From Lingula anatina (Eukaryota > Animalia > Brachiopoda), in contig CM120640.1 of the NCBI GenBank assembly GCA_051362555.1, positions 27,490,503 to 27,554,502 on the forward strand: a DNA stretch of 64,000 nt. The letters run 5' to 3'. The translations under genes and the position numbers were made by a program. Shown piece by piece: positions 50,770-63,736 of the stretch. The notes beneath the pieces are model-generated. The model saw nothing but the letters and a program-made list of their open reading frames with translations, did not search any database and was not told the DNA's origin. How positions within the stretch are numbered: the first letter of the stretch is position 1; each line of letters opens with the position of its first letter.

Positions 50770-53700
50770 ATGGTAAGACACTAGCTTTTCTTCCTAAGGA
50801 TTATTTCAATTTTAGATATGGTGTTTTATTTATTTATTTTTGCGTTTTTTATTTTATTTTGCATTTATACATGTATATGCGCTGTAATGTTAAAACATTT
50901 CGTATTGTAGGTATTTCAGAATGGTCGGGTGCTTTCAAATTTCTTGGTGTTTTTGTGTATCTATCTGCAACCAAGTACGGGTAAGCGAAAATATATATTT
51001 AAAAAGATAAAACAGGAAGTGGTCAAAGAATACAAATGTATATAACCCACTTACAAAATTAAAAACAAACTTCAAGATAAGAAAACTATTTGGAAAATAT
51101 TTTTATAAAGTGCCATAATTTTTCAGTATTGCCATCCAATGACAGGCTCTCTCGTGAACTAAGACGTGTAGGAAACAAAATTCAAGATAGACGATTCTTC
51201 TTCCGAAACTTCAATAGAGGCGTCTACCTTGACAAAGAAATAGTTCTTCCCGAGGGTTTGTTGGCAGCATTTGTGTTGTATATAGACACTGGTTTGGAGG
51301 ATGTGGGAGGCGCCGGGCCAATTCCGGCTGAAATGCCTGTCGCACTCCAGATCTGGTATCCAGTAGATGAGGCTACCCTTACTCACCGTTTGGAGTATCA
51401 GCTGACGAACGTTTTTTTGCCGCAGACACCCGGGGAAGTAAGGGTAAGGGGAGAATTTTATTTCATTTGCCTTTGTTTTGTAACAATTCATATCACTTGA
51501 AGTGTCATGAGAGAGAGAGAGAGAGAGAGCAATCCCAGACAATCCTTGTAAGAAAAATCTGCTGTTATATGAGTTTAGAGTCCTTTTCTTCGAAAAAAAG
51601 CCGTATTGGTATTTATCTTTGAATTTGTTTACATTTGTTTCTTTTTCAGTAAAAAGAAGAAAAAAAGGCAAAGTAAGTAGTGCAATTTCATAAGTAAAAA
51701 TGTATTTAACGTTTATCCTTTTTAGATCCCAGTATCGGATGCCCCTTACATTAAAAATGGTTCTCACATTGGATGGTCATTTGGAGCAGACTTTGACCCT
51801 ATAACGTTTGATCTGGTGGCGAGGTATCGAGTGCACTACCTAGAACCAAATGGAGAGTTCCCATACGTAAAACAAGGAAGTGTCAAAACTTTTCCTAAAA
51901 GAAGCTTGGAAATGAAACATTCCATAGCAGTGGAATACGTTTCTCTGCAAGGTACTTCTCAGATTGGTAGGGATTCTTTGCCCTGGAAAGCGTTTCAAAT
52001 GTGAATCTGATCAGTTTGAAAACTTACTCATTAAAGGCACTGCAATTAAATATTGGTGCATTTTCAATCCTAATTTTGTAATGTTTCATTAGAATGATCT
52101 TCAACTTTATCCCTTTCAATCTTATATTTTTAAGGGGGCAATGGTCTCCCAGGTCCAACAGGACCAATGGGACCCACTGGACCTTCAGGTGCCCGCGGTG
52201 TCTACGGCCATACAGGGCCGAGGGGTGAAATGGGACCGCCTGGAAAAAATGGTATTTCCGGTAGAACTGGGCCGACAGGACCAACTGGAATGAGAGGTGC
52301 GTATGGGTGCCGATGCTAGACAGAAGGCCTGATTTCTAAAACATTAAAATTCAAAAATAAAAAGTGGTGTGTTATGCGCTTCTTATAAGCCATTTTATAT
52401 GCGAAAATTTGGGATAGTTTGTTTTGCTTACCATATGAAAGCAATCCCATTAATGCACACGCTGTCGCTCTCGTGTTGATACATGTAGCTGGGTTTTCAG
52501 TCAATTCTTAGATTGTGTGTTCGTGTAAAATAGGTGTTCCTGGTGGCAACGGCAGAGAAGGACCAACAGGGGCGTCTGGGGAAAAGGGCAACAAAGGCGA
52601 CAGAGGTACCTCTGGGTTCACTGGTTTCCCTGGACCTCGAGGAAACACTGGCCCTCAGGGCCCAACTGGCTTAGTCGGAAGGCAGGGTCCAAAAGGTGAA
52701 CGAGGTTCTGATGGTCCGACTGGACCCGTTGGACCAAGTGGTAGAACAGGATTGCGAGGAATAACGGGAGCACCTGGAGTCTCGGGACGTACTGGGCAGA
52801 CCGGCGCACGTGGTGATAAGGGTGTGGCTGGTCCTCGAGGATTCAATGGAGAGGATGGGTCTCCTGGTAGACCGGGGCCTGTTGGTAACGCGTTCATTTT
52901 TTCTTCAATGTGCATGAAGCCGCATATTAATTAGAACTTCTTACTGTAAAACATATAGCTTACTTGTGGCTATTTCTCAGACCTGTTCGTCATTCCCTTA
53001 ATCGACTTAGTTTTTTTAAAGGCATATATCAAACACGATTACTTATAGGTTTGCCGGGAATTGCGGGGCCCCCAGGTCCCAAGGGGGAAAGAGGGCCCCC
53101 AGGGATTCCAAGCCCAGAAAGTCGCCAAGGTAAGGACGACTATATACAGCTCTTGCTGCTGATTATGTGATGAAATATTATTGTGCAGGGGAGTCAACGA
53201 AAGAACCGAAGCTAAGAGCTTACAAAGTTAGCATGTCACTGGCTATGAAGTCTAATTTTAGTTTACAAGCATAGTTAACGACAAACCTGACAAAATAAAC
53301 GATTAGTAAAATATTTCATCAAATGAATTCCACAAATACAAAACCCCTCAATACTCACATTTTCAGTTGCCGTGTGCAGTATGAACAACGGCGAGTGTGA
53401 CCACATTTGCATCCAGTCGTCAAATGGACATTACTGCACATGTAACCAGGGATATCAATTGTTGTCAGAACCAAACGCCTGTAAACGTATGTAGCGATTA
53501 TTTCATAACTCTTAGAGTCGAGAGGAAACAAGTTTCCTGATTGTTTACATCCCATGAAAAAATTATTTGATCTACGCATGCCATTCCCAGGGTTTAGGAC
53601 GTGAGTTATGTCCGTAATTTCATGTAATATTTAACCTGTAACCTGTTCTAGGCAACTATAGGAGGGAATCAATTAAGATAGACAGACCTGCATGTTTTTC

Positions 53701-54617
53701 AAAGTAAAACACACCATACATAATCCCCAAGAAATAGTAATGTCATATATAAATCAATTAAAGACGGAGTAAACGTGCAAATTCCATATTATGAATATTT
53801 TTGGAGGAATCTGAGTAGTGATCTGGATATCCAAGTCGTTGATCTGATGAACGATTTGTTTTACTTACTTCAACCAACACTGTTTCATAACAAGCCACAG
53901 TGAAGTACCACAAATACCCCACAGTGGAAACCACCCGATGGAGCCCAAACTATCGCGACTAAACATAAAATGAAGGGAGAATTCATGGGGTTTGATGGAA
54001 TTTAGACTGTTTAGAGGAGAGCGGGATCAGAATAAAGGGCAAACTAGCGAGTGCGGTACAAAAACGAATAAAAGTAAAGTCTATCCAAAGACATATTCTG
54101 GTTGCTTTTCTTCATCACTGTAAAATTACCACCTTTTGTACCACAGTGCGTATTCACCATGTTTTGTGCGTCATCTCTGTAGTGCTTTTTAAGACGATAT
54201 TCCTGGCGTATAGTTTCACCCTTATTGCTAAATGGTAAACCCCGCCTCATGTGGAATCTTGCACGTTTTCTAGTTTTATTTGCATGCCAGGCAGTGCCGA
54301 CAGTCTTGTTTTAGGTTACCATGGGTGATTCCTATTCAAACCATGCAGGAGAATTAAATAAAGCCCCTGTAACAATGGCTTTGTTTTATGTCAAGTGAAA
54401 ATGGTGTGTTGAAACTCTGTTAACAGATATTTGGTGGACGCTAAACAATGTCGATGGTGCCAGAAACTGTTCTTTATTTGTAATATTTTACGCCCAAAAT
54501 GCCGTGAACTACCTCTAAACTAAATAAGTTTGTTAGGTACACGTACAACTGATATCCAATTTCAAATCCTTTCAAGTAGCTTACATATAAACCATATGGC
54601 CCATTATCGTTATAATA

Positions 54618-54659
<42 letters not shown>

Positions 54660-54999
54660 TTAACAGGTTTTGTTAGCTGCTCCTTTAAAAAGTTCCCCAA
54701 CATGACAGTTCGACCAACCGTAACATATCAACCTGTACAGACGGTGGAACAGTGCCAAGCTCTTTGTGAAAGAGAGGATAGCTTCTTCTGTAGGAGCATT
54801 GTGTACGACAAGTTCGGTAACTGTGGTCTAACTCCCTATACGGCGGGCATGCTACCAGGGCACACTGCGCAGCATAACCAAGGAACCGATCTGTACCAGC
54901 GCACCTGCAGGGAGGAAGGTTAATAGGTTAAAAATTATAAAAATCTTCTGTATGGAGCAGTTAATTGTTTTTGAACGGCGTTAGTTTGTTTGTCACTGA

Positions 55000-55038
<39 letters not shown>

Positions 55039-56400
55039 GGGGAAAATGCACAGTAAAAAAAGTTAACCATACGTTTCCGGAACATACGCTACCATTTAGG
55101 CTCTTTGCATAATATGAAAAGACATGGTAAAAATTAAAATTTGAATTTAAATTGAGACAGTCGTTGATTTTTGTATTGTACCCATATATGTTATAAAAAA
55201 TTGAACACAACTTTAAATTCATTCAATTTTATTTTTGGACATTTCAGCAGGTGAAATGCACCTCTATATTGGGTTTGGGTGTAAAGCATTATTCTTTAAC
55301 AGACTCTTTTGCTATACATATTTTTTAATTGGCTCGTTTTTAGTCTGTCTTTGCTTCTTCCTCCTTCTTCTCCTCCTCTTCTTCCAGTTTTGGAAACTGC
55401 AGATGTCCGTTGTTTGGGCACTTTGCATGGGCAACCAATATGTGTGTGTGAAGAAGAATCCGGTGCGATAACTATGTTAAACGGATCCAAATGTGTCAGT
55501 AAGTATTCCTGGCAAGAATAAATCTAAATATGACCTAACACTAAGAGTTAAAACAAATTTTCGGCATGAAATTCAAAGATTGTGTGCACCCATATTGCCA
55601 GAAAACCGATATAAAAATATTTACCTACATTACCTCAAGAATGAAAGTGAAAAACTTATAAAACCAATTGATTAGCTAGTTTCCTAAGAATATGGCATTC
55701 CTGCATTTCCTATTTTTCAGACATGAACGAATGTGCCTTTGGGAACGGCGGCTGCCAGGGGACGTGCACAGATACTGTGGGAGGCTACGTGTGCAGTTGT
55801 GGACTGGGGTATCAGTTAGCTCTGGACAACCACCGATGTACTGGTCAGTTTCTTATAAGTTTCTAACATAATTCATACGTTTCATAAGTTTTGTTGTGTT
55901 ATTTCTGCCTCTGCATACATGTACAGTGTATCAGCTGAATGTCGAAAGTGGACATATAATTTAAGCAATTCTTACCAAACCTTTGATTTATAAATCTAAT
56001 AAGGTGAATTTTATTGTCAAAGTAAATTTCGTTTTCATCCATTTATTCATTTGTTTATTTATTGTCATTGATTATTAATGCCATTTAAATTTCAGATATA
56101 AACGAGTGTACCCTCTCTCCTTTTCTGTGCTTTGAGAAACAATGCATCAACACCCCCGGCAGTTACTCCTGTGTGCGGCCTATTTTTGACGATTTCCCGG
56201 GTGCGTTGAAACATACCCCAGAGCTTGGAGGCCTGGAACACGGCAACGCCTTGGAGTTGCACAATAAAGAAGGATCTAGCAGTCAGTCTGAAGGATTGAC
56301 ATTATGGCTTATTGCGCTCACCATTTTAGTTTCGGTATTGTTTATCGCTCGTCTGAGTAAATGTTTAAATCGAAAATGTAGAAAAAATTCGACTCAATGA
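50770..56400 (+). CDS. Predicted type-I membrane collagen/EGF/PAN protein, paralogue 1 (~706 aa, 12 coding exons)
   Basis: Exons: 50770-50772 (ATG only), 50911-50980 (signal-like VLSNFLVFLCIYL), 51127-51443, 51726-51951, collagen 52135-52296, 52534-52884 and 53049-53129 (64 uninterrupted Gly-X-Y), EGF 53367-53486, PAN 54667-54918 (CQALC...FCRSIVY...C), Cys-rich 55388-55498, cbEGF 55721-55843, and EGF+TM 56096-56400 (LWLIALTILVSVLFIA then a basic tail). Total 2121 nt, in frame. The first two exons are less certain. Confidence 0.85.
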
Positions 56401-57405
56401 AAATAGCTTATCTGAGAAGTAAATGGTATTTTTATAAGCTACACGTGAAAAGATACGCTATCTTAGGATGGGTCGGCAATTTTGTTGGAATAAATATATG
56501 CATAACATGTGGGGGAAGTAGACTTATTTTTCATTAAACATGTAACGCAGTTTGAGAATAATGACAAACATAAATTTCCCTTCAATCATCAGGAAAAATA
56601 CTCGTTTATTAAAAGCAGATATGTGGAAAAAGTGTATAAAAATATTGCGTCATATGAGATCTCTGTGGGTCATTTCATGTGATGAAAAGCATTATGTATA
56701 ATCTAAAGTAGAGGATTATTACACTCCATAAAAAGGGTTGTTGATTATTATTGATTTATCTATTTTTCTGACGTAAAGTTTACGTTTCCCACTTTGGCAT
56801 AAACGTATTTTGTGGAATAACTTTTAAACTTAGCTGGTCTATTTTCCCATAAAGATTCAAAGTGCGTTATCTTGTATTAATGCTTTTTACTGTGTTGCAT
56901 ATATTAAATCGTAACCATTGTAAAGGAAACCTGGAAAGAACATATTCAAATATGTCAATTTTTACAAAACCTTGTTTAAAAGCGATCGTTAGTAAATCAT
57001 GGAGAAGCTAATTAAAATGTGGCGAATTTTACTCATTTTTTCAGTCGGTCTTAATTCTATGAAAAGTCGCTGTTTTCATTTCACGTTGACATTGATTAAA
57101 ATGTATTGATAACAGTGAACTTCCTAGTTGTCCAATAGATGGCGATGGTTGTTTCACAGTCTATTTGTCAAGCGACAACTAGTCCGCGGCGGTCAGTTTG
57201 GATGAACTTGCGACACGCAAAGCGAAAGGGCGTCCGGGAGAGGGTTGTGCTTGACTAGGTGGTTACTTTACCGTTTTGCAGTATACCGGATTATACACGA
57301 AAAATATATTTATACCGACAAGGGGATATTCTGGTGAATTGGTGGCAATATTTAGAAGGTTTCTTCAAAATACAACCTTAGTGAAAATATCTTTTCTCGT
57401 AAGAG

Positions 57406-60400
57406 ATGGAGTGGAAAGTAAGTAAGCCAATGTATATAAACGTATATATTCCCTGTAAGTAAATTTTTATTTCTCTTAGAAAACACACTCTCGATGTAGG
57501 TTTTGATATTCTTTTAATAGTAGTAGCTGTATTTTAATTTGATTACAAAGTTTTACATTATGTATGATACATTGTAACTCAGTATCCAGTATAATTAGTG
57601 GGGCCATGTAAATGTGCGGTTATAATCTGTCGCATTGAAATTAAACCATTACTTTAGATAATTCCTGTCGATATTTACACCAATACATTTTCATGGAATG
57701 ACTCCCTCAAAACACATTTTGACAAGTATTTTCTTTAAAATGATTAAACGTTTTATTTGGCATCTTAATTCACTTTACTTATGTATATGCTCTTTATTTT
57801 TAGGGTCTTTGTAACTGTTATGTTCTTTACTGTATAGTGTGGATATACAATGTAAACTTCTCAGGTAACATCCATCTTATTTTAACAATTAAAATTCGAA
57901 ATACTTGGAAATATTGTCAAGTTTTAAAGACCACATATGTAGTATTGCACTGTACAAAACTTCAAATGAATGGAATGTGAACTTAACACAACAACATGCT
58001 TAAATTGGAGTTTTATTGACAAAAGCTTAATGTTCTTTGCAGGTAGTGTTCCTTATCTCTCCAGACCTGTGACACTTCAGCCATTTTATGACAGCTACAT
58101 AGGTAGTGACTTCCTGTTTATAGATGGACAACACTACCTGCAAGACACCTACTTGTATGGGTTTGCAGCTTTTGTCAGTCCCAAGCATGAGAAATACAAT
58201 GTCCGGGGCAATTTTGCACTGGGAATCACTTTTCAGATTTGGAGAAAACTTGATGCTATGACATTTTCAATGGAATACTGTGTTCCTGGACATTTTACTG
58301 GTACTGGGTTGCAATGGGTAAGATCAATTTAACAATAGCAGCATTTTTGTACAAAAAGTGGTGAAAATGAATGAGTAAATTGGAAAAAAAGAGAATGTTT
58401 TTAATTGTACATAAAAGCAGAGGACTGAGTTAATTTTTTAAAATCAGAATAATATTCAACAGTTAAAAGTGAAAAGAATTTTTTGTATTGTTTTTGTTTT
58501 CAGAAAACTATTCTCATCCAAATTTTCTAAAATTGTAGGGGTAATTTGATGAATACCTGATCTCTTAGACTGCATTCCCACAGATTTAGATCGATCCATC
58601 TAGATCAACCTAACTCCCTGGGGGTTCACGCTAAATTGCGGTCAGCCGAGCGCGCACAGAAGTTAATTACCCCCTTACAGCTTTTAGTAGGCGGGACAGA
58701 CATTTAAGCCAGTTAAGCTGACAGTCATCTAGTGAGACTTTCCATGGGGATAGATCGATCTAAAATCTGCAGTCTTAGATGAAGCAAGAGATTGACAGAG
58801 ATTTGGAAAAAGGGACCTCTCATTATTTTTTACTATTCAATTACAGCTAGGAGTGTCTATTTCCAGGTGAATCTGACCACCCCTTGCTATCTGCCTAGCA
58901 CAAACAAGTACTATATAGGATGGGATTATGAGCCAGATGTGTCAGTGATAACCTTCGCTTTGGAAACTGGATATGAATTATTCAGAAAAGAATCACCTGG
59001 TCAATCTTATTCCACTGTTACATTAAATGAAGAAACTCCCTACAAATATTCTGTTGCAGCCCTGATTGATGATGGTATGTATTGACAGCTTAAACTAAGA
59101 TGATACATATTCCATATACAATGACTACTTCATCACATTAGACTTTAGCCACTGTTCCTGTTTGGAATCCTAATGTGTTAATAAAAACAGCATATCTTGC
59201 CTGAATGCAGTCAATACAGTGTGCAAGAGGATATATATATGCTTTTATTTTTGAAACATTCTAAAATGTGTGGCCCAGTCTTTTGTAAATGAAATGGCCT
59301 TTTTACTTATCTTATCAATCCCAGGGCCAATCAGTGGTGGCGTAGTCTGCAGTGGTATTGGAGCAAGTACACGGCAATTGTCCACTCAGATCCCTACCAC
59401 CACCACAACCACCACCACCAGCAGCACAACCACCACAGAGACGACCACCACCAGCACGACCACCGCCACTTCCTCGACCACCACCAGCACGACCACCACC
59501 TCGACGACCACCACCACCCCTACAACCACCACAGAGAAGACCACACCCCTTCCTACCAAACCAGCTCCAACCAGCACAACCACCTTGATAGTACAGACTA
59601 CATCCTCCACGGGAAAAGCAGAGGCTGGTGAGTTTTTTTTTACTTGTATTTTTTTTAACCAAAGTAGAAGCTCTGAGCAGAGCGATCAGTAATCTATCAG
59701 CTGTCCCTCCATCCATCCCCGTTATGGTCAACTCTCTGCAATTGGTTCCAATTCATCTCTTGACTCTTTGTTTCAGCCTTGTCTGTGGCCTATGGTTCAG
59801 ATGCTTTAAGAGGGACAATAGACATAAGTAATTTAGAGGACATTCACAACAGATGTTCTTTGGATCTACAGATCTGTGGATCAAATACAGTGGACCCTAC
59901 ATGAAAGAAGAGCCAACTAATGTGCTGATGGTCTCCCCACCTCTGCATGTGCCAATTACTGAGCTCACACTTGCAATTTTATGTGAAAAACTATTTTTTA
60001 ATCTACAGGTCCCCAAGGTCCCACTGGTGAACCAGGCCCACCTGGCTTAAATGGAATTGATGGGATGGACGGGCTACCAGGAATGGCCGGATCTAAGGGC
60101 GAGAAAGGGGAACAAGGTGAAACTGGGCCCAAGGGGGCTAGTGGACCAACAGGGGCTGCTGGGCCATCTGGATTAAATGGCACGACTGGCCCCTTAGGCC
60201 CGAAAGGATTAAAAGGAGATAAAGGATTGAAAGGAGATACTGGTGCCACTGGTCCTGCAGGGCCAACGGGTCCCCCAGGAAACACAAAAGGAGGAGGTGC
60301 TGGGTTTCCTGGTAAAAAAGGACAAAAAGGTTCGGATTTTGACAATTTTTTTTCCACAATTTCTGAATTGAGCATGGGGACATTATGTGATTTGATAATT

Positions 60401-63400
60401 GTTCTCTTTGACTCATTTTGTAATCCTTCGAATTATTTGGATACTCTTGTGTCACGTACTCTTACAATTTGACATAAGCCTTTATTTGTACTCATATGTG
60501 ATTTTTTCTATATATCCTTTCATGTACCATTATAATAAAGATTCTCTCCCCCCCCCCTCCAAACTACTAACTTTTCAGGTGCTGAAGGACCCACTGGTCA
60601 GACTGGTTTGAGAGGTATCCCTGGCTACACTGGGGTCAAAGGTCCTAGAGGGTATCATGGTCACGAAGGTTTAACAGGAGAACCAGGTCCACCAGGCCCC
60701 AAAGGAGAGAAGGGTGCTATAGGGGGTAGTTTTTCAGTGCCAGAAGGTAGGGTTTTTTACTTTTAAGTTGAATTCAAATAACTCTGCATGTAACAATTAA
60801 TACTGTTGCAAGTATTTGAGTGTGACCAAAACAAAGTTATTCTTGACTGAGAGACTGATAAAATGGATTTATAAATAATTATTTTACTGCCTTTGTAAAA
60901 TTATTCTTTTTTTCTGTTTTTATCATTTTCTGTCAGATTTGTGTCAGACCAACAATGGTGGCTGTTCACACATGTGTATCAATACAGCACATGGTTACTA
61001 TTGCTACTGCAGGCCAGGTTACCAGCTGGTGCCTGTAAAAACTGACTGTATTAGTAAGTGTAATTGAACTCTGGCTAAAGTATAAATTTAACCTATATTT
61101 GACAATTGATTTTTTTCTTAAGTTAATACTGGATAAAATTTTAAAGCTTATTAGAATGATTATCCAAGATGCAAGTATGCTTGATCTGGGACACTAGTGT
61201 TAAATGACAAATTGTGGGCTTGATGTTGAAGCAGATCTTGATTATCTTAGAGATTTTATGCTGTAAATGCATCAAAATTACATCTTCCATAGTTAATGGT
61301 TGTAATTTTCAATATTGTTCACTTATATATCTACTAGTACTCAATTAACATAAGGAGAGAAGCATTTATGCTGTTTAATTTGATTCCTATTTAAATTTAT
61401 GTCAGGTGCTGACCAGTGTCACTATGAAAAGACACCCAACCTCTACATTGAGCTTCACAATGATAAGGTTTACACTGGTATCTCTGATGTTGCTGTTTGT
61501 CAAAGACTCTGTGAGGAAACTACAGAAATTGCCTGTAGATCCATAGAGTATGTCCGGTCTCGCGGCCCAGAGGGCACCACTGAACAGTGTCACCTTTCTT
61601 CATCTACACTGGAAATGGTTGGAACATCATCCATCAAAGAAGATAACAGCGTGGATTACTATGCACGAAGATGCCTTGAAAAAGGTTAATAATAGAATTT
61701 TTTTACTGGCTGATTGGGTGAAAGAGCATAGGGATCGTTATTTTTCACTTCCTGCTTGAACTAATCATTTTCAGAAACTTTTTTTGTCTTGCTGGCGACC
61801 AAATTCATACATCATAATTCACTAGTTCCAATTGTGTTGAACTATAGTTTTTTATTGACTGAAAGTGTGGCTGGTGTCTCATTTAATAAATGCATTCTGC
61901 TTTTCTTGCCCTTTTGTTTAGTACTGCGTCCTGATAGGCTTCACTGCATTTCCCATGTTAGACTTGAACCAATCTGTGTCTGCAACAGTGAAGATGGCTC
62001 CTCAACTACACCAGTCAATGGGACAGAATGCATCAGTGAGTTAACAATATCTTTGTATTAGCCCAAGTAGTTAATGTACTAAACATGACAGTCATTATAC
62101 AATTCTGCTTATTATGCGCATGTACAATGAATACATAGGAAATTGTAAAAAAAAATTATTTCACTCATAAAACTATTAATATCCAGTAAGGGTTTTTTGC
62201 CATGAAGTGATCTTTGGTTGGGACAATGGTGCTTTTTGTTGAAAAGCTAAGAGGGGTTACGTAAACAGAGAAAGGACTGTTTTACAAAGGGCTTACCGGT
62301 TTGTCAGCCAAAAATGCTTCAAATTGCTCACAATTCTTGGACAGCTTTGAGATCATTGATTTTGTTTGCCATCAACTTGGGATTTTCAATTAACCTTTTT
62401 TCTGTCAGACTGCAAGAACAAAATTTAAAAACAATTAATTCAGGTTCATCAGCATGGCACAACACCTTCAACAGAAGTTACCTGTTGATAAAAACATTTG
62501 CACATTTTTGGGCATCCTTAGAATAACTTTTTCAGACAAAAATGAATGCTCACATGAAAATGGTGGTTGCTCACACTCTTGTGAAGACACCGTCGGATCA
62601 TATGAGTGTAAATGTCCAGCTGGATACTCTTTATCAGACAACGGCCATGACTGCATAGGTAAGTTCATTGAATAAGTACAGTGGCCTTTGGTGATGGCTT
62701 CTTGATCAGCTTTAGAATAATACATTGAAGTATACAATTGAAATCTGTTATCAGCAAGGTATAGGTTGTTACATGTCATAGTTTCCTATCCTTGATTACT
62801 TAAAAATTGACTGCCTTCCACCTTATGCAGGCCCGTAGCCAGGGGGGGTTCGGGGGGTTCGAAAGAACCCCCCCCTTTTTGCTGGAAAAAGGTCCACTTT
62901 GGGTAAAATTTGACCTAGGTACATGGGGATTATATGGTAAAAGGTCCACTTTTTCAGAAATAGAACCCCCCCCTTTGAAATTGCTGGCTACGGGCCTGTT
63001 ATGGTTAATTGTCGTCTGTTCCTGACATTATCTTTCATTGAAAGCTCTTGCAAACTTTTATGGTATTGGCTACCTGTTAGTTTACCATATTTTTTTTACA
63101 GAAGATGTCCTCTGTTCTCAAAATTATGCTTCTTGTCAGCATGCATTCCCACTGAAACAAGGTAAGTTGAATTGGTAAACTGCCAAATTATTTAAAGCAA
63201 TGTTTACAGAAAAAACATGATACATTTGGCAAAAGTAGCAGTGTTTAAAAAATTTTTTATCGAAATTCAGTGAAAAGAACTATCTTATGCTGAGTTACTG
63301 AGAAGTGAAATGCCTGCCTCTGGTGATTCCAATGCAAACTCTTGCATTGCAAAACCCTTGCAGGAGCCATTATTACTGGTAGCTTAATAATATGTTTTAA

Positions 63401-63736
63401 ATTCCAGATGAACCGACTGATGCCTCCCAACTAAAGTCCTACATGTTGAATGCACTGACTGCTCTAAAAAGAAAAACTTCATCACTTTTGGTTTGGTTAG
63501 TTGTGTTGTCCATGCTCATGTTGGTGACTTTGGCTTTCTTTATTAAACAGCAGTACCTTTCATGCTGTCAACGACAAAAAACCAACAAGAGTTTTGATTC
63601 GATTCATAATAGTAAGGACAGTAACTGGTCCTTCTCTGTCGGTTCACAGACTTCTCCAGACCAATCTCAATCTGCTGTATGTAAAATGGCTGGTCATATG
63701 TCCAATCACCAAGAGATGGACAATAGGCATGTCTGA
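57406..63736 (+). CDS. Predicted type-I membrane collagen/mucin/EGF/PAN protein, paralogue 2 (~789 aa, 13 coding exons)
   Basis: Exons: 57406-57417, 57804-57864 (signal-like), 58043-58317, 58867-59074, Thr-rich 59325-59627, collagen 60009-60329 and 60579-60746, EGF 60937-61053, PAN 61406-61684 (CQRLC...ACRSIEY...C), 61922-62035, cbEGF 62536-62658, 63102-63161, and 63408-63736 ([22 protein letters not shown]). Total 2370 nt, in frame. The first two exons are less certain. Confidence 0.85.
58568..58774. mobile_element. PIF/Harbinger-type MITE family C, copy 5
   Basis: Same core, GACTGCA...TGCAGTC ends, TSD TTA. Confidence 0.8.
62828..62998. mobile_element. MITE with CAGGCCCGTAGCCAG TIR and 5-bp TSD, copy 2
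   Basis: 15-bp perfect TIR and TSD TTATG. Confidence 0.85.

Noticed and set aside
51159-51767. 202-aa minus-strand ORF
   Set aside because: Antisense to a real exon plus intron, low complexity, and no domain signal.
59315-60455. Gly-, Pro- or Val-rich alternative-frame and antisense ORFs (also 52618-52915)
   Set aside because: Shadows of the Thr-rich and collagen exons on the plus strand.
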